Below the pieces are notes generated by a model, which had not been told where the DNA came from, did not search any database, and worked only from the letters and a program-made list of their open reading frames with translations. Shown piece by piece: positions 34,023 to 44,418 of a stretch of 63,654 bases of DNA. The stretch comes from Desulfobacterales bacterium (GTDB lineage: Bacteria; Desulfobacterota; Desulfobacteria; Desulfobacterales; ETH-SRB1). How positions within the stretch are numbered: the stretch's first letter is position 1; every line of letters begins with the position of its first letter. Location: the NCBI GenBank assembly GCA_030610995.1, contig JAUWQO010000004.1, positions 1 to 63,654 on the forward strand. Direction: 5' to 3'. The translations under genes and the position numbers were made by a program.

Positions 34023-34439
34023 TTAGGGAACGGGCGCTACATAATTTTTCAAAAGATCTGTCAGAAAATCGGGTGGACGCACCACACGGCCATCGCTATT
34101 AACGAAGGCGTGTTTTGTATGTCCTGTTGCAAGAATCTTTTTACCGTTTTCATTAAATATACGATAATCAAACTTCATACCGCCCTTAATGTTTGTATCA
34201 ACAGAGGTTTCAATGATTATAACATCATCATATTGAGCTGGAGATAAAAACTTACAATAAATTTCGGATACAGGTAGAAAGACACCCTTTGTTTCAATGG
34301 CTTTATAGGTTAAACTCAACGACCGAAACAATTCCGATCGGCCTATTTCAAACCAGCGCAAGTAGTTTGCATGATAAGCTATACCCATTTTATCCGTGTC
34401 GCCGTAAATAACCCTGTATGTTGTTTTGTGTGTAATCAT
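34023..34439 (-). CDS. YbgC/FadM-type acyl-CoA thioesterase (hotdog fold)
   Basis: YRVIYGDTD..G..YHANYLRWFE pattern. Confidence 0.75.
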   Translation of the reverse strand: MITHKTTYRVIYGDTDKMGIAYHANYLRWFEIGRSELFRSLSLTYKAIETKGVFLPVSEIYCKFLSPAQYDDVIIIETSVDTNIKGGMKFDYRIFNENGKKILATGHTKHAFVNSDGRVVRPPDFLTDLLKNYVAPVP

Positions 34440-34504
34440 AAAGATAAAGAGCCGGTTGTTTGCACCACAGAGCGTTTTCCGACTTATGTCGTTTTCACTA
34501 TTTT

Positions 34505-34740
34505 GTAAGCGTTCACGGAACGTTGAAATTAGAAATTAGAAATTTGGCCTTCATACTTTTGTACTGTTGATGAACGCATTCAATTTTGGGCCAAGTTTAT
34601 CAACTATTGCTTTATATTCTGTTGCGTTTGACTCAGATAAAACTTTTCTGCCAGTTTGTAGACATCCAAATTCGTAAACTCGCTTCATCTCTCCCCAATT
34701 TCTACTTTCCAATTTCAAGTTTCAAGCCATGAACGGCTAC
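34505..34740. repeat. Four-helix-bundle-derived miniature element (longest copy, retains a 45-codon internally deleted gene shell on the minus strand)
   Basis: gtaagcgttcacgg ... ccatgaacggctac ends; minus strand reads MKRVYEFGCLQTGRKVLSESNATEYKAIVDKLGPKLNAFINSTKV*; right end overlaps the thrH stop codon. Confidence 0.7.
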
Positions 34741-35336
34741 AGTGTTTTTTGGATAATTTTTCTAAGTTCATTATAGCTATATGAAACCAAAAGCTCCGGG
34801 AATTCGTTTTTTACATTATCGGGAGGCCGGAACAGGATGCCTGTGTCGGCCTCTTTTAGCATAGTTATATCATTATAGGAGTCGCCAAATGCTATTATCT
34901 CATAATTGAGGCTTTTTAAGGAAAGCACAGCCTTGCGCTTGCCGTCATTTTGTCGGAGATTATATCCAACAATATATCCGTCAGGGTCTATTGACAGAGA
35001 GTTGCAAAAAAGGGTTGGCCAGCCCAGCTTTTTCATTAAAGGTCCCGCAAACTCAACAAATGTATCTGAAACAATTATTACCTGGGTTTGTGATCTGAGC
35101 CATTCCAGAAAATCCACTGCCCCGTCAAGAGGATTTATCGAATCGATAACATTTGTAATATCTTTAAGCTTGAGCCGGTTCTCGTGAAGGATGTCAAGCC
35201 GTTTTTTCATCAAAACATCATAATCGGATATATCACGAGTAGTCAGTCTTAGCTCTTTGATACCGGTCTTTTCGGCTACCTGTATCCATATTTCAGGAAC
35301 AAAAACACCTTCTAAATCTGAACAGACAATATACAT
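34737..35336 (-). CDS. thrH: Phosphoserine phosphatase / homoserine phosphotransferase ThrH (HAD family)
   Basis: MYIVCSDLEGVFVPEIWIQVAEKTGI..TTRDISDYDVLMKKRL closely parallels Pseudomonas ThrH; start moved to Met32. Confidence 0.8.
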   Translation of the reverse strand: MYIVCSDLEGVFVPEIWIQVAEKTGIKELRLTTRDISDYDVLMKKRLDILHENRLKLKDITNVIDSINPLDGAVDFLEWLRSQTQVIIVSDTFVEFAGPLMKKLGWPTLFCNSLSIDPDGYIVGYNLRQNDGKRKAVLSLKSLNYEIIAFGDSYNDITMLKEADTGILFRPPDNVKNEFPELLVSYSYNELRKIIQKTL

Positions 35337-35552
35337 GCAGACCTCGTAACCGTTCACGGTTAACCGTTGATCAAAACATAAAAGCAAGAGGTTCAAAGAA
35401 TTGATGATTGTAAAAAAAATAATCGACAATCGACAAAGGTGTTTTCTGAAAAAAATTTAAGAATTAAGATCAAACATCATGCTTCAATCATTACAAAATT
35501 CATTAAAAAAACCGTGAACCGTGAACTGCGGACGGTTACCCCACCTCTTATA

Positions 35553-36869
35553 TCAAATATGGCTGTTGGTTTCTTCGATCCTTATGAGAACCGGTCTGTC
35601 GCTGACAATATCAAGAGTTTCGATCTCGGCTAAAGCCATTCTAACATCTTGTTCCTTTGCAAGGTGCGTGAGAATGACAATAGGAACAGAGCCGATCGAC
35701 TTGCGTCCTTTTTGGTGTACGGATTTGATGCTGATGCCACGATCACCCAGTATGCCCGATATTTTAGATAAAACTCCCGGACGATCTGCGGCCGAGAACC
35801 TGAAGTAGTAATTGGTAAAGATGTCGTCAACCGGCATTATCGGGATTTTTCTTATATTTTCCATCTGGTAGGATAACAATGGAATTCTTCCCCTTGAGCC
35901 GGATAAAACGTTGCGGGCCAGATCTGATATATCTCCCACAACCGCGCTGGCCGTGGGCATCATACCCGCGCCGAGGCCGTAAAGCATCATGTTGCCGACA
36001 GCATCACCCGAAATTGTAATCGCATTCAAAGAGCCGTTTACGTTTGACAACTGATTGCCAAAAGGTATCATTGCAGGATGCACCCTTGCTTCAACCTCTT
36101 TTCCCCTGTTTTTGCTTATAGCCAAAAGCTTTATCCTGTAGCCGAATTGATTGGCAAAATCGATATCCATGGGGGTGATTTTTGATATTCCTTCAATATA
36201 AATATCATTAAAATTAATCTCCATACCATATGCAATAGATATTAATATGGTTAGCTTGTGTGCCGTATCTATGCCCTCCACATCCAGCGAGGGGTCTGCC
36301 TCTGCAAAGCCTTTGGCCTGCGCCTCAGACAGGGCTGCTTCAAAATCAATCCCATCATATGTGCTTTTTGACAGAATATAGTTGCAAGTACCGTTTAATA
36401 TGCCGGTCATCGATTTTATGCGCTCACCAACCAAAGACTCCCTGATCGATTTTATAACCGGCATACATCCGCCCACACTCGCCTCAAAAGCAAGATCAAC
36501 CCCCTTTGCGCAAGCAGCTTTGAAAAGGATGTTGCCTTGAGCGGCAAGAAGAGCCTTGTTTGCGGTTACGACCTGTTTGCCGTTATCAATTGCTCTTAAG
36601 ATAAGCTCCTTTGCAATTCCCACCCCGCCGATCATCTCGACAATTATATCTATTTGCGGATCGTCAACCACCTTGCGGGCATCGGTTACCAGGACTCCCT
36701 CATCAAACTTGATTTTCCTGTCCCTTTTTATATCAATATCCGCGACATGTTTTAATGACAGCAACGCTCCGACCCTGGCGGCAATAAGCTCTTTGTTTTC
36801 AATCAGAATTTTTGCAACACCGGTGCCTACGGTGCCGCATCCAAGCAAACCGATATTAATTTGTTTCAT
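35553..36869 (-). CDS. hom: Homoserine dehydrogenase with C-terminal ACT domain
   Basis: IGLLGCGTVGTGV NAD motif, central catalytic domain, ACT-like tail. Confidence 0.9.
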   Translation of the reverse strand: MKQINIGLLGCGTVGTGVAKILIENKELIAARVGALLSLKHVADIDIKRDRKIKFDEGVLVTDARKVVDDPQIDIIVEMIGGVGIAKELILRAIDNGKQVVTANKALLAAQGNILFKAACAKGVDLAFEASVGGCMPVIKSIRESLVGERIKSMTGILNGTCNYILSKSTYDGIDFEAALSEAQAKGFAEADPSLDVEGIDTAHKLTILISIAYGMEINFNDIYIEGISKITPMDIDFANQFGYRIKLLAISKNRGKEVEARVHPAMIPFGNQLSNVNGSLNAITISGDAVGNMMLYGLGAGMMPTASAVVGDISDLARNVLSGSRGRIPLLSYQMENIRKIPIMPVDDIFTNYYFRFSAADRPGVLSKISGILGDRGISIKSVHQKGRKSIGSVPIVILTHLAKEQDVRMALAEIETLDIVSDRPVLIRIEETNSHI

Positions 36870-36880
36870 ATTACCTGTGC

Positions 36881-38047
36881 CTATAATATTTTTTTGAGAC
36901 CCCTTACAGCCTGGTTTATGCGCATCTTGTTTTCAATAAGCGCAAAACGGACGTATTCATCTCCATATTCGCCGAAACCCAGCCCGGGAGAAACAGCTAC
37001 CTGAGCCTCTTTAATCAGAAATTTGGAGAATTCCACCGAGCCCATTTTTAGATATTGTTCAGGAATTTTCCCCCATACAAACATGGTTCCTTTTGGGCTT
37101 TTTATATCCCAACCAACGCGCTTCAGGCCGGATATCAGGGCGTCTCTTCGCTCTTGATAGGTGTTGCATATCTCTTTAACACAATCCTGAGGACCGTTTA
37201 ATGCTATGATGGATGCTATCTGAATCGGCTGAAAAATTCCGTAGTCAAGATAGCTTTTTATTCTGCGCAGGGCGCCGACTATTTCTCTGTTTCCAACACA
37301 AAAACCTACCCTCCAGCCCGGCATACTGTAACTTTTGGAAAGGGAAAAGAACTCCACTCCCACATCCTTGGCCCCTTTTACCTGCAAAAAGCTGGGGGCT
37401 TTATAGCCGTCAAAAATAAGGTCGGCATAAGCAAAATCGTGTATTACCATAATATTGTATTCCTTTGCATAATCCACGATTTTTTCAAAAAATTCCAGGT
37501 TGACAACCTCGGTTGTTGGGTTGTGAGGGTAGCTTATAATCAACAATTTTGGCTTGGGCCATGTCTGTCTTGTGGCTTCCATCAGGTTTTCAAAGAAGTC
37601 AGAATCCGGCCCGACAGGTATTCCGCGCACATCTCCTCCGGCAATAATTGCGGAGTACGGATGAATCGGATAGGTTGGATTCTGAGCAAACACAACATCT
37701 CCCGGTCTGATTGTGACAAGGACAAGATGCGATATGCCGTCCTTGGCGCCGATTGTGACTATCGCCTCCTCCTCAGGGTCTATATCCACGTCAAATCTTC
37801 GTTTGTACCAGCTTGAAATAGCCATCCTAAGCTTTGTAATACCCTTTGATGCAGAATATCTGTGGTTGTGTGGTTTTTGAGCCGCCTCCAACAGCTTGTC
37901 GACTATATGCTTTGGGGTGGGAAGATCAGGGTTGCCCATTCCAAGATCTACAATATCCTCGCCGGCATGTCTTGCGTCCATCTTTATTTTGTTGACAGTT
38001 GTAAACACATAAGGTGGCAGACGATCTATCCTTGCAAATTTTTCCAT
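36881..38047 (-). CDS. Class I/II PLP-dependent aminotransferase (AlaA/AspC-like)
   Basis: [29 protein letters not shown] (PLP lysine). Confidence 0.85.
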   Translation of the reverse strand: MEKFARIDRLPPYVFTTVNKIKMDARHAGEDIVDLGMGNPDLPTPKHIVDKLLEAAQKPHNHRYSASKGITKLRMAISSWYKRRFDVDIDPEEEAIVTIGAKDGISHLVLVTIRPGDVVFAQNPTYPIHPYSAIIAGGDVRGIPVGPDSDFFENLMEATRQTWPKPKLLIISYPHNPTTEVVNLEFFEKIVDYAKEYNIMVIHDFAYADLIFDGYKAPSFLQVKGAKDVGVEFFSLSKSYSMPGWRVGFCVGNREIVGALRRIKSYLDYGIFQPIQIASIIALNGPQDCVKEICNTYQERRDALISGLKRVGWDIKSPKGTMFVWGKIPEQYLKMGSVEFSKFLIKEAQVAVSPGLGFGEYGDEYVRFALIENKMRINQAVRGLKKIL

Positions 38048-38365
38048 AAAAATAACCTCGTAAAAAGCTAGATTATGCCGCTTTGCGGCGCTGTAACCGA
38101 AAATAACTTGTCAATCATATCAAAAGGTTATGATTTGGTTATTTGAAAGTTACTGGATTCCCGCCTTCGCGGGAATGACGGTTAAGGGGTATGTTGGACT
38201 TTTTATAAGTTCATCAAGATTAAAAAAAATAAATACTTAAATTTTTGCTAAATTACAACACAAAGAACTTTATGTCAAAAAAATTGTTTTGACTTTCAGT
38301 CTAAATCGGTTTAATTTTTAAATAGTTGTATATTAATGTTAGAATGATTTTGTCGGGAGATAAAT

Positions 38366-39409
38366 ATGAACAAGCCCTTAACTTATGCCGATGCAGGTGT
38401 GGATATTGACAAGGCCAACAACCTTGTTGCGACCATAAAAAAGATTGTAAAACAGACACCCAGAACCGGTGTTATAGGTGACATAGGAGGGTTCGGAGGG
38501 CTTTATTCCCTTAACCTTGCAAATGTGGACAGTCCGGTTCTTGTAAGTTCAACAGATGGAGTCGGCACAAAGCTTAAGATAGCATTTATGATGGACAAAC
38601 ATGACACGATCGGAATCGACCTTGTAGCCATGTGTATAAATGATATTGTTGTGCAAGGCGCCAAGCCGCTATTTTTTCTCGATTATCTGTCAATGGGGAA
38701 GCTGAGTACAAAAATTGCCACAGAAATTATCGAGGGAATCGCAGAGGGCTGCATACAGGCAGGGTGCGCTTTAATAGGTGGCGAAACAGCGGAAATGCCG
38801 GGTTTTTATAAAGAAAACGAATATGACCTGGCAGGTTTTGCTGTGGGCATAGTTGATAACAGCAAGATTGTTGACGGGTCTGGAATTCATGTCGGCAATA
38901 AGGTTGTCGGAATAGCGTCCAGCGGCCTTCACAGCAACGGATATTCTTTGGCGCGAAAGATCTGTTTTGATATTTTGAAACTAAAAACCGACGACTATGT
39001 CCCAGAGCTTGGCCGAACGGTGGGTGAAGAGCTTCTTACGCCGACAAAAATATATTCGGCAGCTATTTATCGTATACGCAAGGAGCTGCCGATACGCGGG
39101 CTAGCCCATATTACAGGCGGGGGTATTGAAGACAACATTCTTCGTGTTATACCAAAAGGATGCAATATTGTGATGCACAAGGAAAGCTGGGATGTGCCCT
39201 CTGTATTTCCTTTTTTGAAAAAGGCCGGCAATATATCAGACAAGGAAATGATACGCACTTTTAATAATGGAATCGGGATGATAGCAATTGTTCCGGAAAA
39301 TTCGGCACAGGAGATGCTGGATCAGCTTAGAGCTATGAAAGAGAAAGGCTTTATAATAGGAGAAATTATTGAAAGAAAAAAATCTGCCCGGCGCGTCAAG
39401 TGGGTTTAG
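38366..39409 (+). CDS. purM: Phosphoribosylformylglycinamidine cyclo-ligase (AIR synthetase)
   Basis: YADAGVDID, GGFGG, DGVGTK, GGETAEMPG motifs. Confidence 0.92.
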   Translation: MNKPLTYADAGVDIDKANNLVATIKKIVKQTPRTGVIGDIGGFGGLYSLNLANVDSPVLVSSTDGVGTKLKIAFMMDKHDTIGIDLVAMCINDIVVQGAKPLFFLDYLSMGKLSTKIATEIIEGIAEGCIQAGCALIGGETAEMPGFYKENEYDLAGFAVGIVDNSKIVDGSGIHVGNKVVGIASSGLHSNGYSLARKICFDILKLKTDDYVPELGRTVGEELLTPTKIYSAAIYRIRKELPIRGLAHITGGGIEDNILRVIPKGCNIVMHKESWDVPSVFPFLKKAGNISDKEMIRTFNNGIGMIAIVPENSAQEMLDQLRAMKEKGFIIGEIIERKKSARRVKWV

Positions 39410-39713
39410 CCAAGATTGTCATTACCGCATAGGCGGGAATTCAGACAATTCGTTTGCCAAAGCATTCACCAGAACTTATTGAGAAGTTGCCAAACGTAAG
39501 GATAATAGTTTGATATTACATAAAATCAGAAAATATTTTTTAGCCTTTATGGACTGGATAGCAAAAAGTTACAAAGATAAACCCTTTTGCTCCACCTGAA
39601 AAGTGAAACCAAGCAGCGCCAGGAGGCGCAGCGGCCTCAAATAATACGGCTACATTCCGTGTTTCCGCACAATCCTTCCGCGGTCACAAAAAAATAGAAA
39701 AAAATCGAACTCA

Positions 39714-42095
39714 ATGCTTCACAACAGAACACAAGGCAAAGATTATAGCTGTGTTTATAGCCATGCTTATAGATTGATTGGAACATATAGACTGTTTTCA
39801 AGATCTTTTCATTATATAATCCCCTGCCTGTCTCTTGTCTTCGTCATTATAATTGCAACCGCGATGGTTTCTTTTGCACAGAACCACGAGCGACTGTTTG
39901 ATGATGATCCTGCCGAGCCGTGGCATATTACTGCCGATGAAATAAGCTTTGATAAAAAAACCGATCAACATATAGCAAAAGGAAATGTTGTCGTAACCAA
40001 GCAGGACAAAAAGCTTACAGCCGATTTTGTTCGTTTTGATGATAAAACCATGGAGGTGCTGGCTATCGGCCATGTGATAATGACGACAGGAGAGGATGTA
40101 CTTGTCGGCGATAAGATGGAGATGGATCTGGAGGCTGAAATTGGAACAGTATATAATGGAACAGTCTTTATTAAGGAAAACCATTTTTATATAAAAGGGG
40201 ATAAGATACAAAAGACAGGAAAAGACTCTTATGCCGTCGGCAAAGGCAGCTTTACAACATGTGATGGCGATAATCCGGCATGGAAAATAACAGGAAGAAA
40301 CCTGAAAGTTACAATAGAAGGATATGGTTTTGTTAATCACGCGGCTCTTTGGGCAAAAAGGGTTCCTGTGTTGTATACACCTTTTCTGGTGTTTCCTGTG
40401 AAGATAAAGAGACAGTCCGGCTTATTGCCGCCACAAATAGTATATTCGGAACGGAAATGGGAGGAATACATACAGCCTTTTTACTGGGCTATTAACGAAA
40501 GTTCGGATGCAACTTTATATTATCACCATATTGGACGCCGGGGAGACAAATTAGGTTTTGAATACCGCTATGTTTTAGATGAAGAGTCAAAAGGAACCCT
40601 GATGTATGACTTTTTGCAAGACAGGAAGGTAGATAACGGCACACTGGAATCGAGCGAAGAATGGGGATATACGGATGATAGTGAGCTGCGGCCTAATTCC
40701 GACCGATACTGGTTCAGGATGAAACATGATCAGGCGCTGCCTGGTGGTTTTACCGCAAAACTGGACATAGATATTGTCAGCGATCAGGATTACCTGCACG
40801 AATTTAAGGACGGATATACGGGGTTTGATACAACCGATAGATATTTTAACAAAAACTTTGGCAGAGACCTTGACGAGTATGATGATTCAACAAGGGTGAA
40901 CAGTCTGAGCATAAACAAGAGCTGGTCACAATTCAGCCTTAATGCCGAAACCCGCTGGTATGATAATGTCATAAACCGTCGCCGGAATGAAACAGATACG
41001 ACCATACAGATGTTGCCGGTTATTGATTTTAGTGCATCCAAGCAGCAGATATTCGGCACCCCCTTTTATTTTGACCTTGATTCCGAATACACATATTTTT
41101 ACAGAGAGGATGCTTTAAGAGCCCACCGGATGGATGCACACCCAAGAGTGTATTTGCCTTTAAGATTCAAACACTACCTGTCTTTTGAACCGTCTGTCGG
41201 GTTTCGGGAAACAGCCTGGCATTTTGATAATGAGGAATATAGCTCATCGGATAAAACAACACTTTACAGAGAAATTTATGATATCAAAACAGAGCTTTCT
41301 TCAAACATTTATAAAATATATAACGTGCAAAAAAGCCGGATTGACAAGATAAAGCATGCAATAACACCGCAAATAGTATATGAATATATACCGGGAAAGG
41401 ATCAGAGTAAATATCCCCAGTTTGATTCTATTGACAATATCCTTAGAAAAAACCTTGTAACATATTCTCTGACGAATATTTTTACATCAAAATCGCAGAC
41501 GTACAGCACAAAGAATGACAATCAGGATAAAAACGATAACGATGACGGTACAGACTATACCTATAACCAGTTTTGCCGCTTAAAGCTGGAGCAGAGTTAT
41601 AACATTAACGAGGCAAAAGAGGACACCCCTTCCAATTGGGTAAATCAAAAGGAAAAGCGGCCTTTTTCTACAATCTATGGCGAGATAGAGATAGCTCCTG
41701 TCCAATATGTTTCTGCGCAGGCTGATGCCACATGGTGTCAATATGATAGTCTGGTTAAAACACGCAACATTGCGCTAACATTATCTGATAAACGCGGAGA
41801 CAGGCTCTTTGTTGAACACAGATATACCTATAACTTGAGTGAGTCTATTTATACGGATATAAGCCTGGTAGTATCGGAGCAGCTAAAGGTATATGCTGAT
41901 TATGAGCGCAATCTTTACGGCGCCCAGGATATCAAGAAAAGCATTGGATGTTTGTACAAGGCCCAGTGCTGGTCCATAGATTTTAGCTATACACATGAGG
42001 ATAATGACAGGAAATATGCACTTATAATTAATCTTTACGGGATTGGAGAGTTCGGCAGAGATATAGTTGGGCGCATGATGGAAGAGCCGCTGTAA
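39714..42095 (+). CDS. lptD: LPS-assembly outer-membrane protein LptD (OstA family)
   Basis: Signal/anchor segment then OstA-like N-domain (ITADEISFD..GNVVV) and large beta-barrel region rich in aromatic-x-aromatic strands; true start uncertain. Confidence 0.7.
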   Translation: MLHNRTQGKDYSCVYSHAYRLIGTYRLFSRSFHYIIPCLSLVFVIIIATAMVSFAQNHERLFDDDPAEPWHITADEISFDKKTDQHIAKGNVVVTKQDKKLTADFVRFDDKTMEVLAIGHVIMTTGEDVLVGDKMEMDLEAEIGTVYNGTVFIKENHFYIKGDKIQKTGKDSYAVGKGSFTTCDGDNPAWKITGRNLKVTIEGYGFVNHAALWAKRVPVLYTPFLVFPVKIKRQSGLLPPQIVYSERKWEEYIQPFYWAINESSDATLYYHHIGRRGDKLGFEYRYVLDEESKGTLMYDFLQDRKVDNGTLESSEEWGYTDDSELRPNSDRYWFRMKHDQALPGGFTAKLDIDIVSDQDYLHEFKDGYTGFDTTDRYFNKNFGRDLDEYDDSTRVNSLSINKSWSQFSLNAETRWYDNVINRRRNETDTTIQMLPVIDFSASKQQIFGTPFYFDLDSEYTYFYREDALRAHRMDAHPRVYLPLRFKHYLSFEPSVGFRETAWHFDNEEYSSSDKTTLYREIYDIKTELSSNIYKIYNVQKSRIDKIKHAITPQIVYEYIPGKDQSKYPQFDSIDNILRKNLVTYSLTNIFTSKSQTYSTKNDNQDKNDNDDGTDYTYNQFCRLKLEQSYNINEAKEDTPSNWVNQKEKRPFSTIYGEIEIAPVQYVSAQADATWCQYDSLVKTRNIALTLSDKRGDRLFVEHRYTYNLSESIYTDISLVVSEQLKVYADYERNLYGAQDIKKSIGCLYKAQCWSIDFSYTHEDNDRKYALIINLYGIGEFGRDIVGRMMEEPL

Positions 42096-42110
42096 CGGAG
42101 TTTGAGCTAA

Positions 42111-42638
42111 ATGGAGATAAAACGGATTAATCGCCTGTGGTATGTTCTGCATACGAAAAGCAGGTTCGAGACTGTAGTTAATGATGCTCTGGTCAAAAAA
42201 TCGTTTGAGGTTTTCCTGCCAAAAATTCTGGTAAAAAGCAGGCGTCGTGACAGACGGTTAATGATAAGGACACCTCTTTTCCCTGGGTACCTGTTTTTAA
42301 AAACCAGCGTGCAATCCTCCGAACATGTTGAAATTTTAAAGACAGGCGGGGCTGTCCGTTTAATCGGCAACAAAGAAGGGCCCATCCCTGTTGCCGCCGA
42401 GACCATTGAATCGCTTAAAATTATGGTGGCGGGAGACAATGAAGTTTTAACCGGCGCCCGTTTCAAAAAAGGGGACCCTGTTACGGTAGTTTATGGCCCG
42501 TTTGCGGGGTTGACCGGAACCTTTGTCCAATACAGGGGCAAAGCAAGAGTTGTCGTTACTATCGAAGCACTTAAACAGTTTGCCGCAGTGGATGTGAAAG
42601 AAGAAGATGTTGAAAGGCTTCCAAAAATATTGTCATAA
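42111..42638 (+). CDS. NusG-family paralog (RfaH/UpxY/LoaP-like transcription antiterminator)
   Basis: NGN start WYVLHTKSRFE..LFPGYLFLK and KOW motif GDPVTVVYGPFAGLTGTF. Confidence 0.7.
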   Translation: MEIKRINRLWYVLHTKSRFETVVNDALVKKSFEVFLPKILVKSRRRDRRLMIRTPLFPGYLFLKTSVQSSEHVEILKTGGAVRLIGNKEGPIPVAAETIESLKIMVAGDNEVLTGARFKKGDPVTVVYGPFAGLTGTFVQYRGKARVVVTIEALKQFAAVDVKEEDVERLPKILS

Positions 42639-42719
42639 CCGCTTGACTTTTTAACGAGTTCTGTTTAATAGTTCTGCGGTGAAGATATTAAACTGCAAGT
42701 ATTGCAAAAAGGAGGGTAT

Positions 42720-42995
42720 ATGAATAAGCTGGAGATTATTTCCGCCTTAAAAGCCGAGGCTAATATCTCAAAATCGGATGCCACAAGGGTGGTTCAAATA
42801 TTTTTTGATTCTATGGAGAATGCCCTGGTGCAGGGAGAAAGGGTTGAAATTCGCGGGTTGAGCAGCTTTTTTATAAAAGAGTACAAGGCATATACCGGCA
42901 GAAATCCAAAGACAGGTGAAAGGGTTTTGATAAAGCCCAAAAAACTCCCGTTTTTTAAGGCCGGAAAAGAATTGAAAGACAGAGTAGATAATTAA
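42720..42995 (+). CDS. Integration host factor / HU-family DNA-binding protein
   Basis: GGAGG RBS 6 nt upstream of ATG 42720; VEIRGLSSF..GRNPKTGE..I..K..P.FKAGKELK. Confidence 0.8.
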   Translation: MNKLEIISALKAEANISKSDATRVVQIFFDSMENALVQGERVEIRGLSSFFIKEYKAYTGRNPKTGERVLIKPKKLPFFKAGKELKDRVDN

Positions 42996-43044
42996 TACAT
43001 CTCGGAATTTCTACCACGCCTTGGCGTGGGAATTCCTGCGACTT

Positions 43045-43132
43045 TAGTCGAGTAGTTAAATGGTCGAGTCGTCGAGTTGTAAGGGTCATTGAACTACTGG
43101 ACAAATCAACCACTCGACCACTCGACCAATTG
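43045..43132. repeat. Short palindromic repeat, family actcgaccactcgac
   Basis: gtcgagtagtt..ggtcgagtcgtcgagttg versus caaccactcgaccactcgacc arms; accounts for false N-terminal extension of holB ORF. Confidence 0.55.
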
Positions 43133-43157
43133 TGAGCGAAGCGAACCAAGTTCTTTT

Positions 43158-44204
43158 ATGTCCAGATTTGCGGTAATAATAGACCAAAAAAAGCCGATAC
43201 AACTTTTAACTGCCTTTCTACAACACGGCACCATTCCTAATGCCTTTCTTTTTACAGGCATGGAAGGGGTTGGCAAACACACTACAGCTATGATGTTTGC
43301 CATGGCGTGTAATTGTCTAAGTAAAGAGCCGGGGAGCTTTTTCCAGGCCGGGAATCAAGTAACAAAAGGCCGAATCTGTTATTGCAAATCATGCGTGAAA
43401 ATCCGATCAGGAAATCATCCTGATATCATACATATTAAGCCGTTAGGCGCCTATATCAAGATTGCTCAAATACGTTCTTTGCGTGATATTCTTGCCATGA
43501 AACCTTACGAGGCAAGGATGCGTGTCGTAATAATATCAGATGCCCGGGCAATGAACCCTTCTGCCGGCAATGCGCTGCTCAAGGTTCTTGAGGAACCACC
43601 TGACCGGACCGTTTTGATACTTACCGCCATACAGTCGTCCGATCTCCTTCCCACAATTGTTTCACGCTGTCAGCATATCAGATTTAACCCTATTTCCTGC
43701 AAGAGCCTGGAAGATATTCTGGTTGACAAAGAGGGGCTTGATTATGATGATGCAAAAATAATTGCGACTCTGGCAAGCGGAAGTTTGTCTAAAGCCCTTT
43801 CGATGGTTGAGCCTAAGAACCGTGCAAACTGGATAAACCGGCGCAGTTGGCTTATAAAGACCTTAAGCCTTGATATGCCCGGCCAAATGTCTACACAACC
43901 GGTTGTTTCACTTTTGGCTTTTGCAGCAGAGTTATCAAAAAACAAGGAAATCCTGCAAGATTCTCTGGAGGTAATTAAATCCTGGTTAAGAGACGTTATT
44001 ATATATAAATACTGTCCCGAGAAAATTATAAACAAGGATTTTATTGACAACATTCAACATGCTTCACAAAAACTTACGGCAAGGAAGCTGATAGCAAAAT
44101 TTGAAGTTATCAGGACAGCACAGAAACGGATTAAGGCCGGCGCTAATTTAAGGTTGACTTTAGAAGCGATGGTAATGCAGCTTGCGCATGAACCGCAAAC
44201 CTAA
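43158..44204 (+). CDS. holB: DNA polymerase III delta-prime subunit
   Basis: AFLFTGMEGVGKHT P-loop-like, NALLKVLEEPP, SRCQ motifs; start moved to Met24. Confidence 0.8.
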   Translation: MSRFAVIIDQKKPIQLLTAFLQHGTIPNAFLFTGMEGVGKHTTAMMFAMACNCLSKEPGSFFQAGNQVTKGRICYCKSCVKIRSGNHPDIIHIKPLGAYIKIAQIRSLRDILAMKPYEARMRVVIISDARAMNPSAGNALLKVLEEPPDRTVLILTAIQSSDLLPTIVSRCQHIRFNPISCKSLEDILVDKEGLDYDDAKIIATLASGSLSKALSMVEPKNRANWINRRSWLIKTLSLDMPGQMSTQPVVSLLAFAAELSKNKEILQDSLEVIKSWLRDVIIYKYCPEKIINKDFIDNIQHASQKLTARKLIAKFEVIRTAQKRIKAGANLRLTLEAMVMQLAHEPQT

Positions 44205-44217
44205 GGCAAATATTTGG

Positions 44218-44399
44218 TAATAGTTCAGCCACAAAGTCACAAAGACACTAAAATTCATAATTTAGGAATTTAGGGATTCCGAATTGAAGGATGTTGTCAT
44301 TTTTAATTCCTCAATTCCTCAATTCCTCAATTCGCAATTCCTCAATTTATCAATCATGTCTTTCCTTTGTGACTTTGTGTCTTGGTGGCTGAACCGTTA
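44218..44399. repeat. Palindromic element, family cagccac(c)aa(g)(a/t)cacaaagacac, enclosing an 8-bp tandem repeat (aattcctc x4-5 at 44305..44345)
   Basis: tagttcagccacaaagtcacaaagacac / gtctttcctttgtgactttgtgtcttggtggctgaac ends are reverse complements. Confidence 0.7.
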
Positions 44400-44418
44400 T
44401 AATATTTAAAGAATAATT

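Noticed and set aside
39798-40340. 180-aa ORF on the minus strand
   Set aside because: It lies entirely antisense to the well-supported lptD gene, has Ile/Cys/Phe-rich composition typical of a shadow frame, and shows no motif.
44305-44345. Tandem aattcctc repeats and the many regularly recurring palindromes, considered as a possible CRISPR array
   Set aside because: The unit is only 8 bp with no spacers. The other repeats are dispersed inverted-repeat elements, not direct repeats separated by unique spacers. No cas genes are present.
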